From Macrostomum lignano (taxonomy: Eukaryota): 64,000 bases of DNA. How positions within the stretch are numbered: position 1 is the stretch's first letter; each line of letters starts with the position of its first letter. Below the pieces are notes generated by a model. That model worked only from the letters and a program-made list of their open reading frames with translations. It was not told the DNA's origin and did not search any database. The DNA is taken from the NCBI GenBank assembly GCA_002269645.1, contig NIVC01000227.1:434001-498000 (forward strand), written 5' to 3'. Below, in pieces: positions 12,001 through 23,400 of this stretch. The position numbers and the translations under genes are program-made.

Positions 12001-15000
12001 CTTAATTCAAAAAAGCTGTTTTGTTCTCACGTCGCTTAACGTCGCTTAACGGGTTGAATCTAACAGAAATTTAAACTGAATTTTCCGTATTTTAACAAAG
12101 CGTACCAAATGATAAGTGTTACTGAATACAATTAAGAGCATGTGTTCACTTTTTTGATAACTTAATCAACATTTCTTTGTCTTTCAAGTTATACCTGCGT
12201 TGTGAAACTGTTAAAATTATTTTTCCATGAATCCCCGGGTGATTTTTAGTGTCTATTCTACTGATTGAAGCCTAATTCTCACTGCCTTGTTAACGACGTT
12301 GTGATGAAAAATACTTCAGAAATCAATAAGTGTGCTTTGACATTGAACTCAAAACAACTCTGCTTAATGTTTGTTTTGGATCTTAGCAATTTCAATCTTT
12401 AAAATATTCCAGGAAAACATCAAGCCGGCTCTGTCCAGGACCTTCTCCTTCATGCAGAAGTCTGTGTCCGAGTACTCGCGACGAATGCTGCTGGAGATGA
12501 AGCGATATAACTATGTGACTCCAACCAACTATTTGGAGTTGGTTTCCGGTTACAAAAAGTGAGTATACTTTTTCGTTATCTGCCCGTCCCTCATCCCAGC
12601 ACCCTCACTCCCTGCCCCTCCCTTATCTCAGGACCTAATTAAAGATCTACAGTTTACTGTGATGTCATTTTACTTGAACATCGACACTTCAAGTTCAGCT
12701 GCCAGTTTGGACTTTTCCAAAAATTCCAACCCTCAGGCTGCTGGCAGAGAAGCGGCAGGAGCTGTACAGCTCGTCGCAGAAGCTCAAAAACGGTCTCAGC
12801 AAGATTGACGAGACGCGCGAGAAAGTCGAAGTGATGTCTGAAGAGCTCGAGAAGGACAAGAAGAAGGTGGCGGAGTTCCAGCGTCAGTGCGAGGAGTTCC
12901 TTGTCATCATTGTGCAGCAGAAGCGCGAAGCCGACGACCAGCAGAAGCAGGTGGCGCAGACCAAGGAGCGAATCTCCGTGGACGAAGCCAAGTGTCTCAA
13001 CATGAAGGAGCTGGCCGAGGCCGACCTTCAAGAGGCGATGCCAGCCCTGGAGGCCGCAGTGAAAGCCCTGGAGGCTCTTAACAAGAACGACATCACTGAG
13101 ATCAAGTCCTACGGCAAGCCGCCCTACCTTGTCCAGAAGGTCATGGAGGCCGTCATGATTCTGCGCGGCGCCGACACGAGCTGGGAGACTGCCAAGCGTC
13201 ACCTGGGAGAGCAGAACTTCATCGGCCAGCTGGTCGACTTCAAGAAGGACAACATCTCCGACCGAGTGCTGAAGAAGATCGGGCAGTACTGCTCGCAGGA
13301 CGACTTCCAGCCTGAAGTGGTTGGCAAAGTGTCTTCAGCGGCCAAGAGCCTCTGCATGTGGGTGCGCGCCATGGAGGTGTACGGCAGGATCTACCGGGTC
13401 GTGGAGCCGAAGCGGCAGCGACTTCAGCAAGCTGAGGCGGTCCTGCAGGAGAAGCAGGCTCAGCTGCGCGAGGCCGAGGAGAAGCTTGCAGCTGTCGAGG
13501 CCAAGATGAAGGAGCTGCAGGATCAGTACAACGGCAAGATGGAAGAGAAGGAGAACCTGCGAAGAAAGGCGGAGCACACGGAGAAAATGTTGGACCGAGC
13601 CAATCAACTGGTGGACGGTCTGGCTGGCGAGAAGGTTCGCTGGGAGCAGTCGGTGGAAACGATGGAGAAGCAGATGGAGCTGCTGCCCGGTGACTGTCTC
13701 GTTGCTTCGGCTTGCTTGTCCTACCTGGGTCCGTTCCTCAGCAACTACCGAGACGAGATGAACCTGAAGTGGATCGAGTTCGTCAAGTCGGAGGCGATCC
13801 CCTACTCGCCGGATTTCAAATTCACCGAGTTCCTGTCCAATCCGACCCTCATCCGCGACTGGAACATCTGGGGCCTGCCGTCGGACAGCTTCTCCGTTGA
13901 GAATGGCGTCATCGTGACCAGGGGCTCCCGGTGGCCGCTCATGATTGACCCGCAGGTGAGCTTGCAAGTTTTTCTAGCTTATACAATAGTAATTGAACAG
14001 TTGAAAATCGATTTCTTAATGACACAGTATCTGGAATTCAGCTCATGCACAACTCGGATGCGAGTGCACGCGCTAGTGTAGCATCCTACTTGAAGGACTT
14101 GATCTGTCCATGCTTCAAATATTCAGTGATAGACTGGGAGACCAAACAATATTGATTTCAAGGCTCATAGGGGAGTTGCTGAAATACTGAGCCTCAAGGC
14201 TTATGGAAAATTGCTGAGACGTCAAGGCTCATGGGGGGATTTCTGAGCCTTCAAGGCTCATGGGGGGATTTCTGAGACGTCAAGGCTCATGGGGAGGATT
14301 TCTGCGCCTTTAAGGCTCATGGGGGGATTTCTGAGACGTCAAGGCTCATGGGGGGATTTCTGAGACGTCAAGCCTCATAGGGGATTGCTGAAATGCTGTG
14401 GCTCATTGGGGGTTGCTCAAATGCTTTGAGCCAATGCTCAAGAAGACGTGATAACTTAGACTTGATTGCTGGCTTTCAGAGCGAATGCAGTTTTGCTTTG
14501 AAAATATTTTACGCTAAGAAAATTAACAAGGGTGACTGTACAGAAAGAATCAAAAGCAATTTGCAAACTGATTCTGAACTATCGCTCTGCAGGGCCAGGC
14601 GCAGAAGTGGATCAAGAACATGGAGGGCAAGGAGCTGATCATCATTGATCTGCAGCAGGCGGACTACATCCGCAAGCTGGAAGTGGCCCTGCAGTATGGC
14701 AAACCGGTGCTGCTCCAGAACGTAGCGGAGAAGCTGGACCCCAGCCTCGACCCGGTGCTGAACAAGTCCATTGTGAAGCTGGGCGGGGCCTGGATCATCA
14801 AGCTCGGCGACAAAGAGATCGAGTACAACTTCGACTTCCGGTTCTACATCACGACCAAGATTCCTAATCCGCACTACGCACCGGAAATCTCCACTAAGAC
14901 GGCCATCACCAACTTTGCCATCAAGGAGGACGGTTTGGAGGCTCAACTGCTGGGCATTGTGGTCGAGAAGGAGCGCGAAGAGCTCGAGAAGGAGAAGGAC

Positions 15001-18000
15001 AGTCTAGTGATGAAGATCGCGGCCGGAAAGAAGAAGATCAAAGAGCTCGAGGACGAAATCCTTCGACTGCTGAACGAAGCGCAGGGCTCCCTGCTGGACG
15101 ACGAGCAGTTGGTGAACACGCTGCAGACGTCCAAGTCGACCTCGGCGGAGGTCACGGAGCAGCTGGCGGTGTCTGAGAAAACCGAAGCCCAGATTGACGC
15201 GGCTCGCGAGGGCTACCGACCGTGCGCTACGCGTGCCTCCATTTTGTTCTTCGTCATGAACGACATGGGCAAGATCGACCCGATGTACCAGTTCTCGCTG
15301 GACGCCTACATCAATCTCTTCAAGCTCAGCATCGACCGCAGTCAGCGAAATCCGCGCCTCGAGGAGCGAATCAGCAACTTGAACGATCACCACACTTACG
15401 CCGTGTACAGGTACACCTGCCGCGGCCTTTTCGAGAAGCACAAGCTGCTGTTCTCCTTCCAGATGACCGCTAAGATTTTGGAAGCCTCCGGCAAGCTGAA
15501 CATGGACGAATATGACTTCTTTCTTCGCGGTGGCGTCGTGTTGGACAGGGATAACCAGATGGACAACCCGGTGCCGAACTGGCTGTCCGAAACCGGCTGG
15601 GACAATATCTCCGAGCTGGACAAGCTGGCCAATTTTCACGGGATCATCACAAGTTTCGAGCAGTACCCTCGCGACTGGCACATCTGGTACACCTCATCTG
15701 AGCCGGAGAACGCCGCTCTGCCTGGTGAATGGGACAACGCCACCAACGAGTTCCAGCGGATGCTGATCGTCCGATCTCTGCGCGAAGACCGCGTCTCATT
15801 CTGCTCGACCAGCTTCATCGTCAACAATCTCGGCTCGAAATTTGTCGAGCCGCCGGTTTTGGATACCAAGCAGGTTGTGGAGGAGAGCAACTGCAAGACG
15901 CCGCTGATCTTCGTGCTGAGCCCGGGCGTGGACCCGACCAACGGCCTGATGCAGCTGGCCGAGACCTTCAAGATGGCGCGCAAGTTCCAGGCCTTGTCCC
16001 TGGGTCAGGGACAGTCCCCGACGGCTACCAAGCTGATCAAGGAGGGCGTCAGTCAAGGTCACTGGGTCTTCCTGGCCAACTGCCACCTGTCCATGTCGTG
16101 GATGCCGCAGCTGGACAAGCTGATCGAGCAACTGAACTATCACGAGGTTCACCCGGATTTCCGACTCTGGCTGAGCAGCTCACCGCACCCGAACTTCCCA
16201 ATCGCAATCCTGCAGGCCGGCATCAAGATGACCACCGAGCCGCCGAAAGGACTCAAGGCCAACATGAAGCGCTTGTACCACATCATCAAAGAGGAAGACT
16301 TCTCTTCGTGCAGCAAACCAGATCGCTTCAAAAAGCTGGTGTTCTCCCTCTGCTTCTTCCACTCCATCCTCATCGAGAGGCGCAAGTTCCGCATGCTCGG
16401 TTGGAACATTCTGTACGAGTTCAACGACTCCGACTTTGAGGTGTCGCTGAAGATCCTCTCCAACTACCTGGACCAGTACGACGAGACGCCTTGGGACGCG
16501 CTGAAGTTCCTCATCGCCGAGATCAACTACGGCGGTCACGTGACAGACGACTGGGACCGGCGCCTGCTGATCACCTACATCACCAACTACTTCAACGAGG
16601 ACGTCATCACGACGCCATTTTATAAGTTCTCCTCTCTGCCGCACTACTACGTGCCGCGGGACGGCTCGCTAGCCTCCTACCGCGAGTACGTCAGCATGCT
16701 GCCCAACATCGACCACCCGGAGGCTTTCGGCCAGCACCCCAACGCGGACATCAGCTCGCAGATTCAGGAGACTCGCCTGTTCTTCGGCACTCTGCTCTCG
16801 TTGGTGCCGCAGGTCACCTCTGGCGGCGCGGGCGAGTCGCGCGAAGACAAAGTGCTGGAACTGGCCAGGAACATCTACAAGCAGCTGCCGGAGAACATCG
16901 ACTACGAGGCAACGGCGAAGCTGATGCAGCAGGACCCCAACCCGCTGAACGTGGTGCTGCTGCAAGAGATCGAGCGTTACAACGCCCTGCTGAACTTGAT
17001 CAGGAGCAACCTCACCGACCTGGACAAGGGCATCCAGGGTCTGGTTGTGATGAGCTCCGATCTGGAGCAGATCTTCCTGGTAAGAGTTGCAGGCAGGCAC
17101 TCAGACAGACACAAACCAGACACTAAAATAGACACTAAGACAGGCGTACAGTATCACAGATGGACTCTAAGAAAGATACGTAGACATTCAGACAGGCGGA
17201 CATTTAGACAGGCGGACATTTAGACAGGCAGACATTTAGACAGGCAGACATTTAGACAGGCAAATATTCAGACAGGCGGACATTTAGACAGGCAGACATT
17301 TAGACAGGCAGACATTTAGACAGGCAAATATTCAGACAGGCGGACATTTAGACAGGCAGACATTTAGACAGGCGGACATTCAGACAGGCAGACATTTAGA
17401 CAGGCAAATATTCAGACAGGCAGACATTTAGACAGGCGGACATTCAGACAGGCAGACATTTAGACAGGCGGACATTCAGACAGGCAGACATTTAGACAGG
17501 CGGACATTCAGACAGGCAGACATTTAGACAGGCAGACATTTAGACAGGCAGACATTTAGACAGGCAAATATTCAGACAGGCGGACATTTAGACAGGCAGA
17601 CATTCAGACAGGCAGACATTTAGACAGGCAGACATTTAGACAGGCGGACATTTAGACAGGCAGACATTTAGACAGGCAGACATTCAGACATTTAGACAGG
17701 CAGACATTTAGACAGGCAGACATTCAGACAGGCAGACATTTAGACAGACGGGCAGTAGGACAGGCAGACAATAAGGCAGGATGCATGCATATGTAAATAT
17801 CACCAGCGAGACTTCAAGTGATTTCCGCGAAGACTTTACAGAGGAGCAAGTCGCCCATAAAAGCCGCATGTGGCTACCGATGTCCTTGCCGCCAACCCAC
17901 AGGCAATCTACGACACCCGAGTGCCGTCGCTCTGGGAGCGCACCTATCCATCAATGAAGCCGCTCGCCTCGTGGACTCGGGACCTGTTGAAGCGGGTGGA

Positions 18001-19735
18001 GCAATTCCAGGAATGGGCCACGACAACGCACCCGCCGAAGATCTACTGGATCTCCGGGTTCAGCCTGCCGACAGGCTTCCTGACGGCTGTGCAGCAGAAG
18101 TCCGCCCGGCAGAACAACGTGAGCGTCGATTCGCTCAGCTGGGAGTTCACTGTGCAGACCATCGACGACTCCAGCATCCCCGAGGCGGCTAGAGACGGCG
18201 TCTACGTCAAGGGGCTCTACTTGGAGGGCGCCGGCTGGGACAAGAAGCAGTGCTGCCTGATCGAGGCGAACCCCATGCAGCTGGAGTGCGAGATGCCCAC
18301 CATCCTGTTCAGGCCGGTGGAGAACAAGAAGAAGACGGCTAAGAGTGAGCTGCGTGCTTGAAGCAGCATTTTGATTTTGTTGGGTGATTCGATCGCCTGG
18401 GTAGTGGCGCCATTCGAGTACCAGAATTGGCGCCAAATTTAGGTCTCCTAAGAAATGGCGCCAAGCTGGGGTCTTTTTAGAAACGGCGCCAAGTTGGGGT
18501 CTCAGAAATGGCGCCAAGTTGTTTGGGGTCTCCTCAGAAATAGCGCCAAGTTGTTGGGGTCTCCTCAGAAATGGCGCCAAGCTGGGGTCTCAGAAATGGC
18601 GCCAAGCTGGGGTCTCAGAAATGGCGCCAAATAGTTTGTAGTCTCCTCAGAAATGGCGCCAAGTTGGGGTCTCCTCAGAAATGGCGCCAAGTTGTTTGGG
18701 GTCTCCTCAGAAATAGCGCCAAGTTGTTGGGGTCTCCTCAGAAATGGCGCCAAGCTGGGGTCTCAGAAATGGCGCCAAGCTGGGGTCTCAGAAATGGCGC
18801 CAAATAGTTTGTAGTCTCCTCAGAAATGGCGCCAAATAGTTTGTAGTCTCCTCAGAAATGGCGCCAAATAGTTTGTAGTCTCCTCAGAAATGGCGCCAAG
18901 TTGTTTGGGGTCTCCTCAGAAATAGCGCCAAGTTGTTGGGGTCTCCTCAGAAATGGCGCCAAGCTGGGGTCTCAGAAATGGCGCCAAGCTGGGGTCTCAG
19001 AAATGGCGCCAAATAGTTTGTAGTCTCCTCAGAAATGGCGCCAAATAGTTTGTAGTCTCCTCAGAAATGGCGCCAAATAGTTTGTAGTCTCCTCAGAAAT
19101 GGCGCCAAGTTGGGGTCTCCTCAGAAATGGCGCCAAGCTGGGGTCTACTCAGAAATGGCGCTAAGTTGTTTGGAGTCCTCTCAGAAATGGCGCCAAGTTG
19201 TTTGGGGTCTCCTCAGAAATGACGCCAAGTTGTTTGGAGTCCCCTCAGAAATGGCGCCAAGTTGTTTGGGGTCTCCTCAGAAATAGCGCCAAGTTGTTTG
19301 GAGTTCCCTCAGAAATGGCGCCAAGTTGTTTGGGGTCTCCTCAGAAATAGCGCCAATTCTGGGTCTCAGAAACGGGGCCAAGTTTCATCTAACGTTGCCC
19401 TACCAATCAGAGTCAAGCGTTACTCATTACAAGCATTAAATTTAGAGTAATTATTAGATTAATTACTGACAAGATTAAAAACTGATTCGGCAGATACAGA
19501 CGACGCAAATGTGCACATTTCTACTCTGAGTAGGTCAATAAGCAAGTAGCTTATATACTCGCAAACGCCTCCACCCGCAGACGTGTACATCGCGCCGTGC
19601 TACTACTTCCCTAACCGAGCCGGAGTCAGCGGCCGGGCCTCCTACGTGGTGGCGGTGGATTTGAAGAGCGGCGAGAAGCAGCCGGATCACTGGGTGAAGC
19701 GAGGCACCGCGCTGCTGATGAGCCTCAGCTTCTGA
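1..19735 (+). CDS. DNAH2: Axonemal dynein heavy chain, DNAH2 (inner arm I1/f beta)-like; 5'-partial, 16 exons in window
   Basis: Exons reconstructed with GT-AG sites and matching phases: 1-666, 752-984, 1791-2075, 2172-2925, 3305-4155, 4316-4619, 4966-5566, 8660-8796, 9312-10941, 11045-11212, 11294-11727, 12413-12558, 12737-13955, 14593-17079, 17903-18344, 19581-19735 (TGA). P-loops: AAA1 GPAGTGKTE with CFDEFNR, AAA3 [12 protein letters not shown]4 GIGGSGRQS; stalk coiled coil, AAA5/6 and C-terminal [14 protein letters not shown]. Resemblance to DNAH2 is from recalled sequence. Exon 4 contains about 4 small indels (2453-2803). Confidence 0.93.
1122..1649 (+). CDS. Intronic 175-aa ORF in DNAH2 intron 985-1790: candidate alternative first exon (1122-1493) or nested gene
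   Basis: GC-rich, coding-like island in an AT-rich intron. TATAAA at 1082-1087, ACCATG start, and a phase-0 donor CAA|GTATGG at 1493/1494 that matches the phase-0 acceptor at 1791. No recognisable domain. Confidence 0.45.
   Translation: MLTTVIENAETVDPSATGSHSESRRTSMHSMDSVVSIEGEQVVIKNYDHVPSPFMVPINAVMRDIKALNDLPMGVTPEPELLGLTADTERSSDFVATSVVNPEFESMVSTLNTEPMPDPSMIQQVWMRSYERPFPPFTMDRGVDRFHQFVHRHHDSMIFSSQCHQVFYSAVTVII
5793..6037. repeat. 245-bp direct repeat, copy 1 (host intron sequence flanking the Gypsy fragment)
   Basis: Appears identical to 8295-8539 (TTCGCGTTATT...TATAGAATTG); the ORF track gives the same 63-aa peptide from both copies. Confidence 0.95.
6036..6467 (-). repeat. Probable 3' LTR of the Gypsy fragment
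   Basis: Starts 13 nt after the pol stop; termini TGTAGTG...CACTTCACA on the minus strand; AATAAA on minus at 6113-6118. No clear polypurine tract. Confidence 0.6.
6036..8300 (-). mobile_element. 5'-truncated, decayed Ty3/Gypsy LTR retrotransposon (end of RT, RNase H, integrase, 3' LTR)
   Basis: RT thumb ([26 protein letters not shown]), RNase [14 protein letters not shown] and [11 protein letters not shown], zinc finger H-H-C-C (HDTHLG...CSGC), integrase core [27 protein letters not shown], terminal [15 protein letters not shown]. One in-frame stop near 8128 and a frameshift near 6780. Confidence 0.93.
8295..8539. repeat. 245-bp direct repeat, copy 2
   Basis: Identical to 5793-6037 by eye; directly abuts the truncated RT sequence. 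Confidence 0.95.
8945..9264 (+). mobile_element. hAT/Charlie-like MITE with internal GA-rich tract (copy 1)
   Basis: Ends CAGCTGGGTCGGCAAACT and AGTTTGTCGACCCTTA, resembling CAGGGGTCGGCAAAC-type TIRs; 3' part homologous to copies ending at 36240, 40751 and 62222. Confidence 0.75.
14160..14393. repeat. Minisatellite, ~30-bp unit (AAGGCTCATGGGGGGATTTCTGAGACGTC), DNAH2 intron 13
   Basis: About 7 degenerate tandem copies. Confidence 0.9.
17180..17746. repeat. Minisatellite, 16-bp unit (AGACAGGCAGACATTT), DNAH2 intron 14
   Basis: About 35 tandem copies. Confidence 0.95.
18428..19375. repeat. Minisatellite, ~26-35-bp unit with core CTCAGAAATGGCGCCAAG, DNAH2 intron 15
   Basis: About 30 tandem variant copies. 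Confidence 0.95.
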
Positions 19736-20462
19736 TAATTATGCTTAATAATTGTTCATTACTTTTAACTAAAATATCAACTATTTCAATGAAATTAAAT
19801 AATATGACAAGCATTAGTCAAGGCTGTTTACGAAAATATAATCTTCAAGGAAATGAAAACTAAAACAATAAATACTATAAAAAAATAATAGCAAATATTA
19901 ACAAAAATAAAAAACACCGGAAATTACAATGAACGACAATGAAACTTGTTTAAACTCTTGTACAAACAACCGTAAAAGGCTATAGTGCAAAAATTGACAA
20001 GAAATATTTTAAAAAACTGATTTGACATACAGCCTTACTTTCTGCGGCAGTTATAAGTTTAAGTGCCTTCATTTGTTTAAATGATTATATTTATTTAAAC
20101 AATGATAGAAAGACATTCCAAAGACTTTTTTAGTTGCGAAATAAAATTTAACGAAATCTTTTACTTTTTACCTGCATGTTATTTGTAAACGTGTAAATTG
20201 TATTTTGTCACAAAAAATAAACGATTTACGGTATTAATTTCGAGAGCATCAATTTGCTCAAAAACGTTCTGAAGATTTTTTCTATAGCTAAGTATTGCAT
20301 ACAATCACGCTCCACTTTAAAATGGAGTAATTTCAAAATTTTTACGCGGGGCAGATGCGTGTTTCTCGGTGTGACTCTGTTTATTATAAAAACAAACTTA
20401 AGACACTTACACGGACAATGGATTGATCAATACACGTGCCGTATATTTATTTGAAAAAAATT

Positions 20463-23400
20463 TCACTGGTTCTCCTTCACTCCGTACCAGAAGAACAGGT
20501 TGGGCAGCTCGCGCCTGTTGAAATCGCACTTGTGGTGCCGCTGGCTCATGTCCTGCTGCACCAGCCTGCGGCGCTTCTCAGCTTCGCGGAAGGCCTGCAA
20601 TTTGGATGGAAACTTGTTCGGCTAGCTATTGGGATTTGGGAATGGAAACTTGACGCTCGCATAGGAGTGCCCTTGGGAGTTGGCCTCCAAGGGCGTTAAT
20701 TGCACGAACAAACCCAAGCGGAGACTCAAATTAATTGTCACTCTATTGGAATCGAGCCTGGGCCGCTGGTATATTGATGAAATGTGCTCCATTTTTGAGG
20801 GCCGCGCTTAGACCACTAGTAGGCTACGGCCTCCCCAGTACCTACCTGTCTACCTTCTCACCACTTCTCATTTACCTACCTACATGTACCTACCTTCTAC
20901 CTACCTACCTACCTACCTACCTACGAAACTATGCTGATCTGCCTATCTGTTTACAGGTACTTACCTATTTATCTAACTCATTTATCTTTCTAGCCGCCTA
21001 CCCTAAGACTGACAAACAATTAATGCCTTTGACCCAAGCAATAATCGAAAATTCCTGGAACCCTTGGGTTTGATTCATGCGACACGCCTACATGACTGGG
21101 TTCTTGTGGCATTCCCGCATTCAAATGAAAGACGCAATGAAAGCCGTATCCCAGAAACTGCAGACCTCAAAGTCCCACAGTGAAGAGGCGAACACGGCCT
21201 GGGTTCGCATCGCGGAGCACAGCAGCGCCGACCGATGGTAGACATGAAACTGGAGGAACGGCAGGAACCTCGCCGACTGCACCTGGATGAACACGTAGCC
21301 AACGTAAATTGGCATGCTCAGATAGGCGATTAGCGTGAATGACGTCACCACCAGGCTGATCATCTCGCACTGGATTGGCTTCTGCATCTCTAGCAGGCAA
21401 GTGATGCTGGCCACCACCGATATGCGATTGGGACAGCGCAGCTGCTCAACCCGAACCTGCGATCGCGAAGGTTGAAATGGTAAAGTGGCCCAGTAACTGA
21501 GGATCTGGGAGACTGGCTCGGCAACTGAGGATGTGGGAGTCTGGCACAGCAACTGAGGATTGGGATGGGAGGCTGGCCCAGCAACTGAGGATCTGGGAGG
21601 CTCGCCTAGCAACTGAGGATCTGAGAGGCTCGCCTAGCAACTGAGGATCTGAGAGGCTGGCCCAGCAACTGGTGGGGATCTGGGAGACTGGCCCAGCAAC
21701 TGAGGATCTGGGATGCTAGCTCAGCAACTGAGGATCTGGGAGGCTGGCCCAGCAACTGAGGATCTGGGATGCTGGCCCAGCAACTGAGGATCTGGGAGGC
21801 TGGCCCAGCAACTGAGGATCTGGGAAGCTGGCCCAGCAACTGAGGATCTGGGAGGCTGGCTCAGCAACTGAGGATCTGGGAGGCTGGCCCAGCAACTGAG
21901 GATCTCGGAGGCTGGCTCAGCAACTGAGGATCTGGGAGGCTGGCTCAGAAACTGGGGATCTGGGAGGCTGGCTCAGCAACTGAGGATCTCGGAGGCTGGC
22001 TCAGCAACTGAGGATCTGGGAGGCTGGCCCAGCAACTGAGGATCTGGGATGCTGGCCCAGCAACTGAGGATCTGGGAGGCTGGCCCAGCAACTGAGGATC
22101 TGGGAGGCTGGCCCAGCAACTGAGGATCTGGGAGGCTGGCCCAGCAACTAAGGATCTGGGAGGCTGGCCCAGCAACTGAGGATCTGGGATGCTGGCTCAG
22201 CAACTGAGGATCTGGGATGCTGGCACAGCAACTGAGGATCTGGGATGCTGGCACAGCAACTGAGGATCTGGGAGGCTGGCCGAGCAACTGAGGATCTGGG
22301 AGGCTCGCCCAGCAACTGAGGATCTGGGAGGCTGGCTCAGCAACTGAGGATCTGGGAGGCTGGCTCAGCAACTGAGGATCTGGGAGGCTGGCCCAGCAAC
22401 TGAGGATCTGGGATGCTGGCCCAGCAACTGAGGATCTGGGATGCTGGCCCAGCAACTGAGGATCTGGGAGGCTGGCCCAGCAACTGAGGATCTGGGAGGC
22501 TGGCCCAGCAACTAAGGATCTGGGAGGCTGGCCCAGCAACTGAGGATCTGGGATGCTGGCTCAGCAACTGAGGATCTGGGATGCTGGCACAGCAACTGAG
22601 GATCTGGGATGCTGGCACAGCAACTGAGGATCTGGGAGGCTCGCCCAGCAACTGAGGATCTGGGAGGCTCGCCCAGCAACTGAGGATCTGGGAGGCTCGC
22701 CCAGCAACTGAGGATCTGGGAGGCTGGCTCAGCAACTGAGGATCTGGGAGGCTGGCCCAGCAACTGAGGATCTGGGATGCTAGCTCAGCAACTGAGGATC
22801 AGGGAGGCTGGCCCAGCAACTGAGGATCTGGGAGGCTGGCCCAGCAACTGAGGATCTGGGAGGCTGGCCCAGCAACTGAGGATCTGGGATGCTGGCTCAG
22901 CAACTGAGGATCAGGGAGGCTGGCCCAGCAACTGAGGATCTGGGATGCTGGCTCAGCAACTGAGGATCTGGGATGCTGGCACAGCAACTGAGGATCTGGG
23001 AGGCTGGCCCAGCAACTCCGTATAGTTACACAAGCGTCAATAAACACCTTTCCGGTAGACGTTCTCAATACTAGCGGCTTCTTAGCGTTCACTGATCTGC
23101 GTGACCGTCGCAGAAGCACCGGTCTCAACCGGTTTGGTTTATCGGGAGCTGCTGGACTATCGGAGGCATTACTTATATGCGGATAGTAACAGATGGGGCA
23201 GGAGGCTGCGTTCCAAGTAGGCTGCCAGCAATCCCCTACGTCTTCCTCAGTGCCAACGTCGGTATGATCAAAGCGACTGTCGGAAGGATCAAAGCGACCG
23301 TCTGAATGATCAAAGCGACTGTCGGAATGATCAAAGCGACTGTCGGAATGATCAAAGCGACTGTCGGAATGATCAAAGCGACTGTCGGAATGATCAAAGC

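Noticed and set aside
23100-23215. RING-finger-like CPICY...RPVLL in the orphan gene exon
   Set aside because: The remaining C-x-H and C-x2-C ligands are absent in frame, and the segment is predicted to be extracellular.
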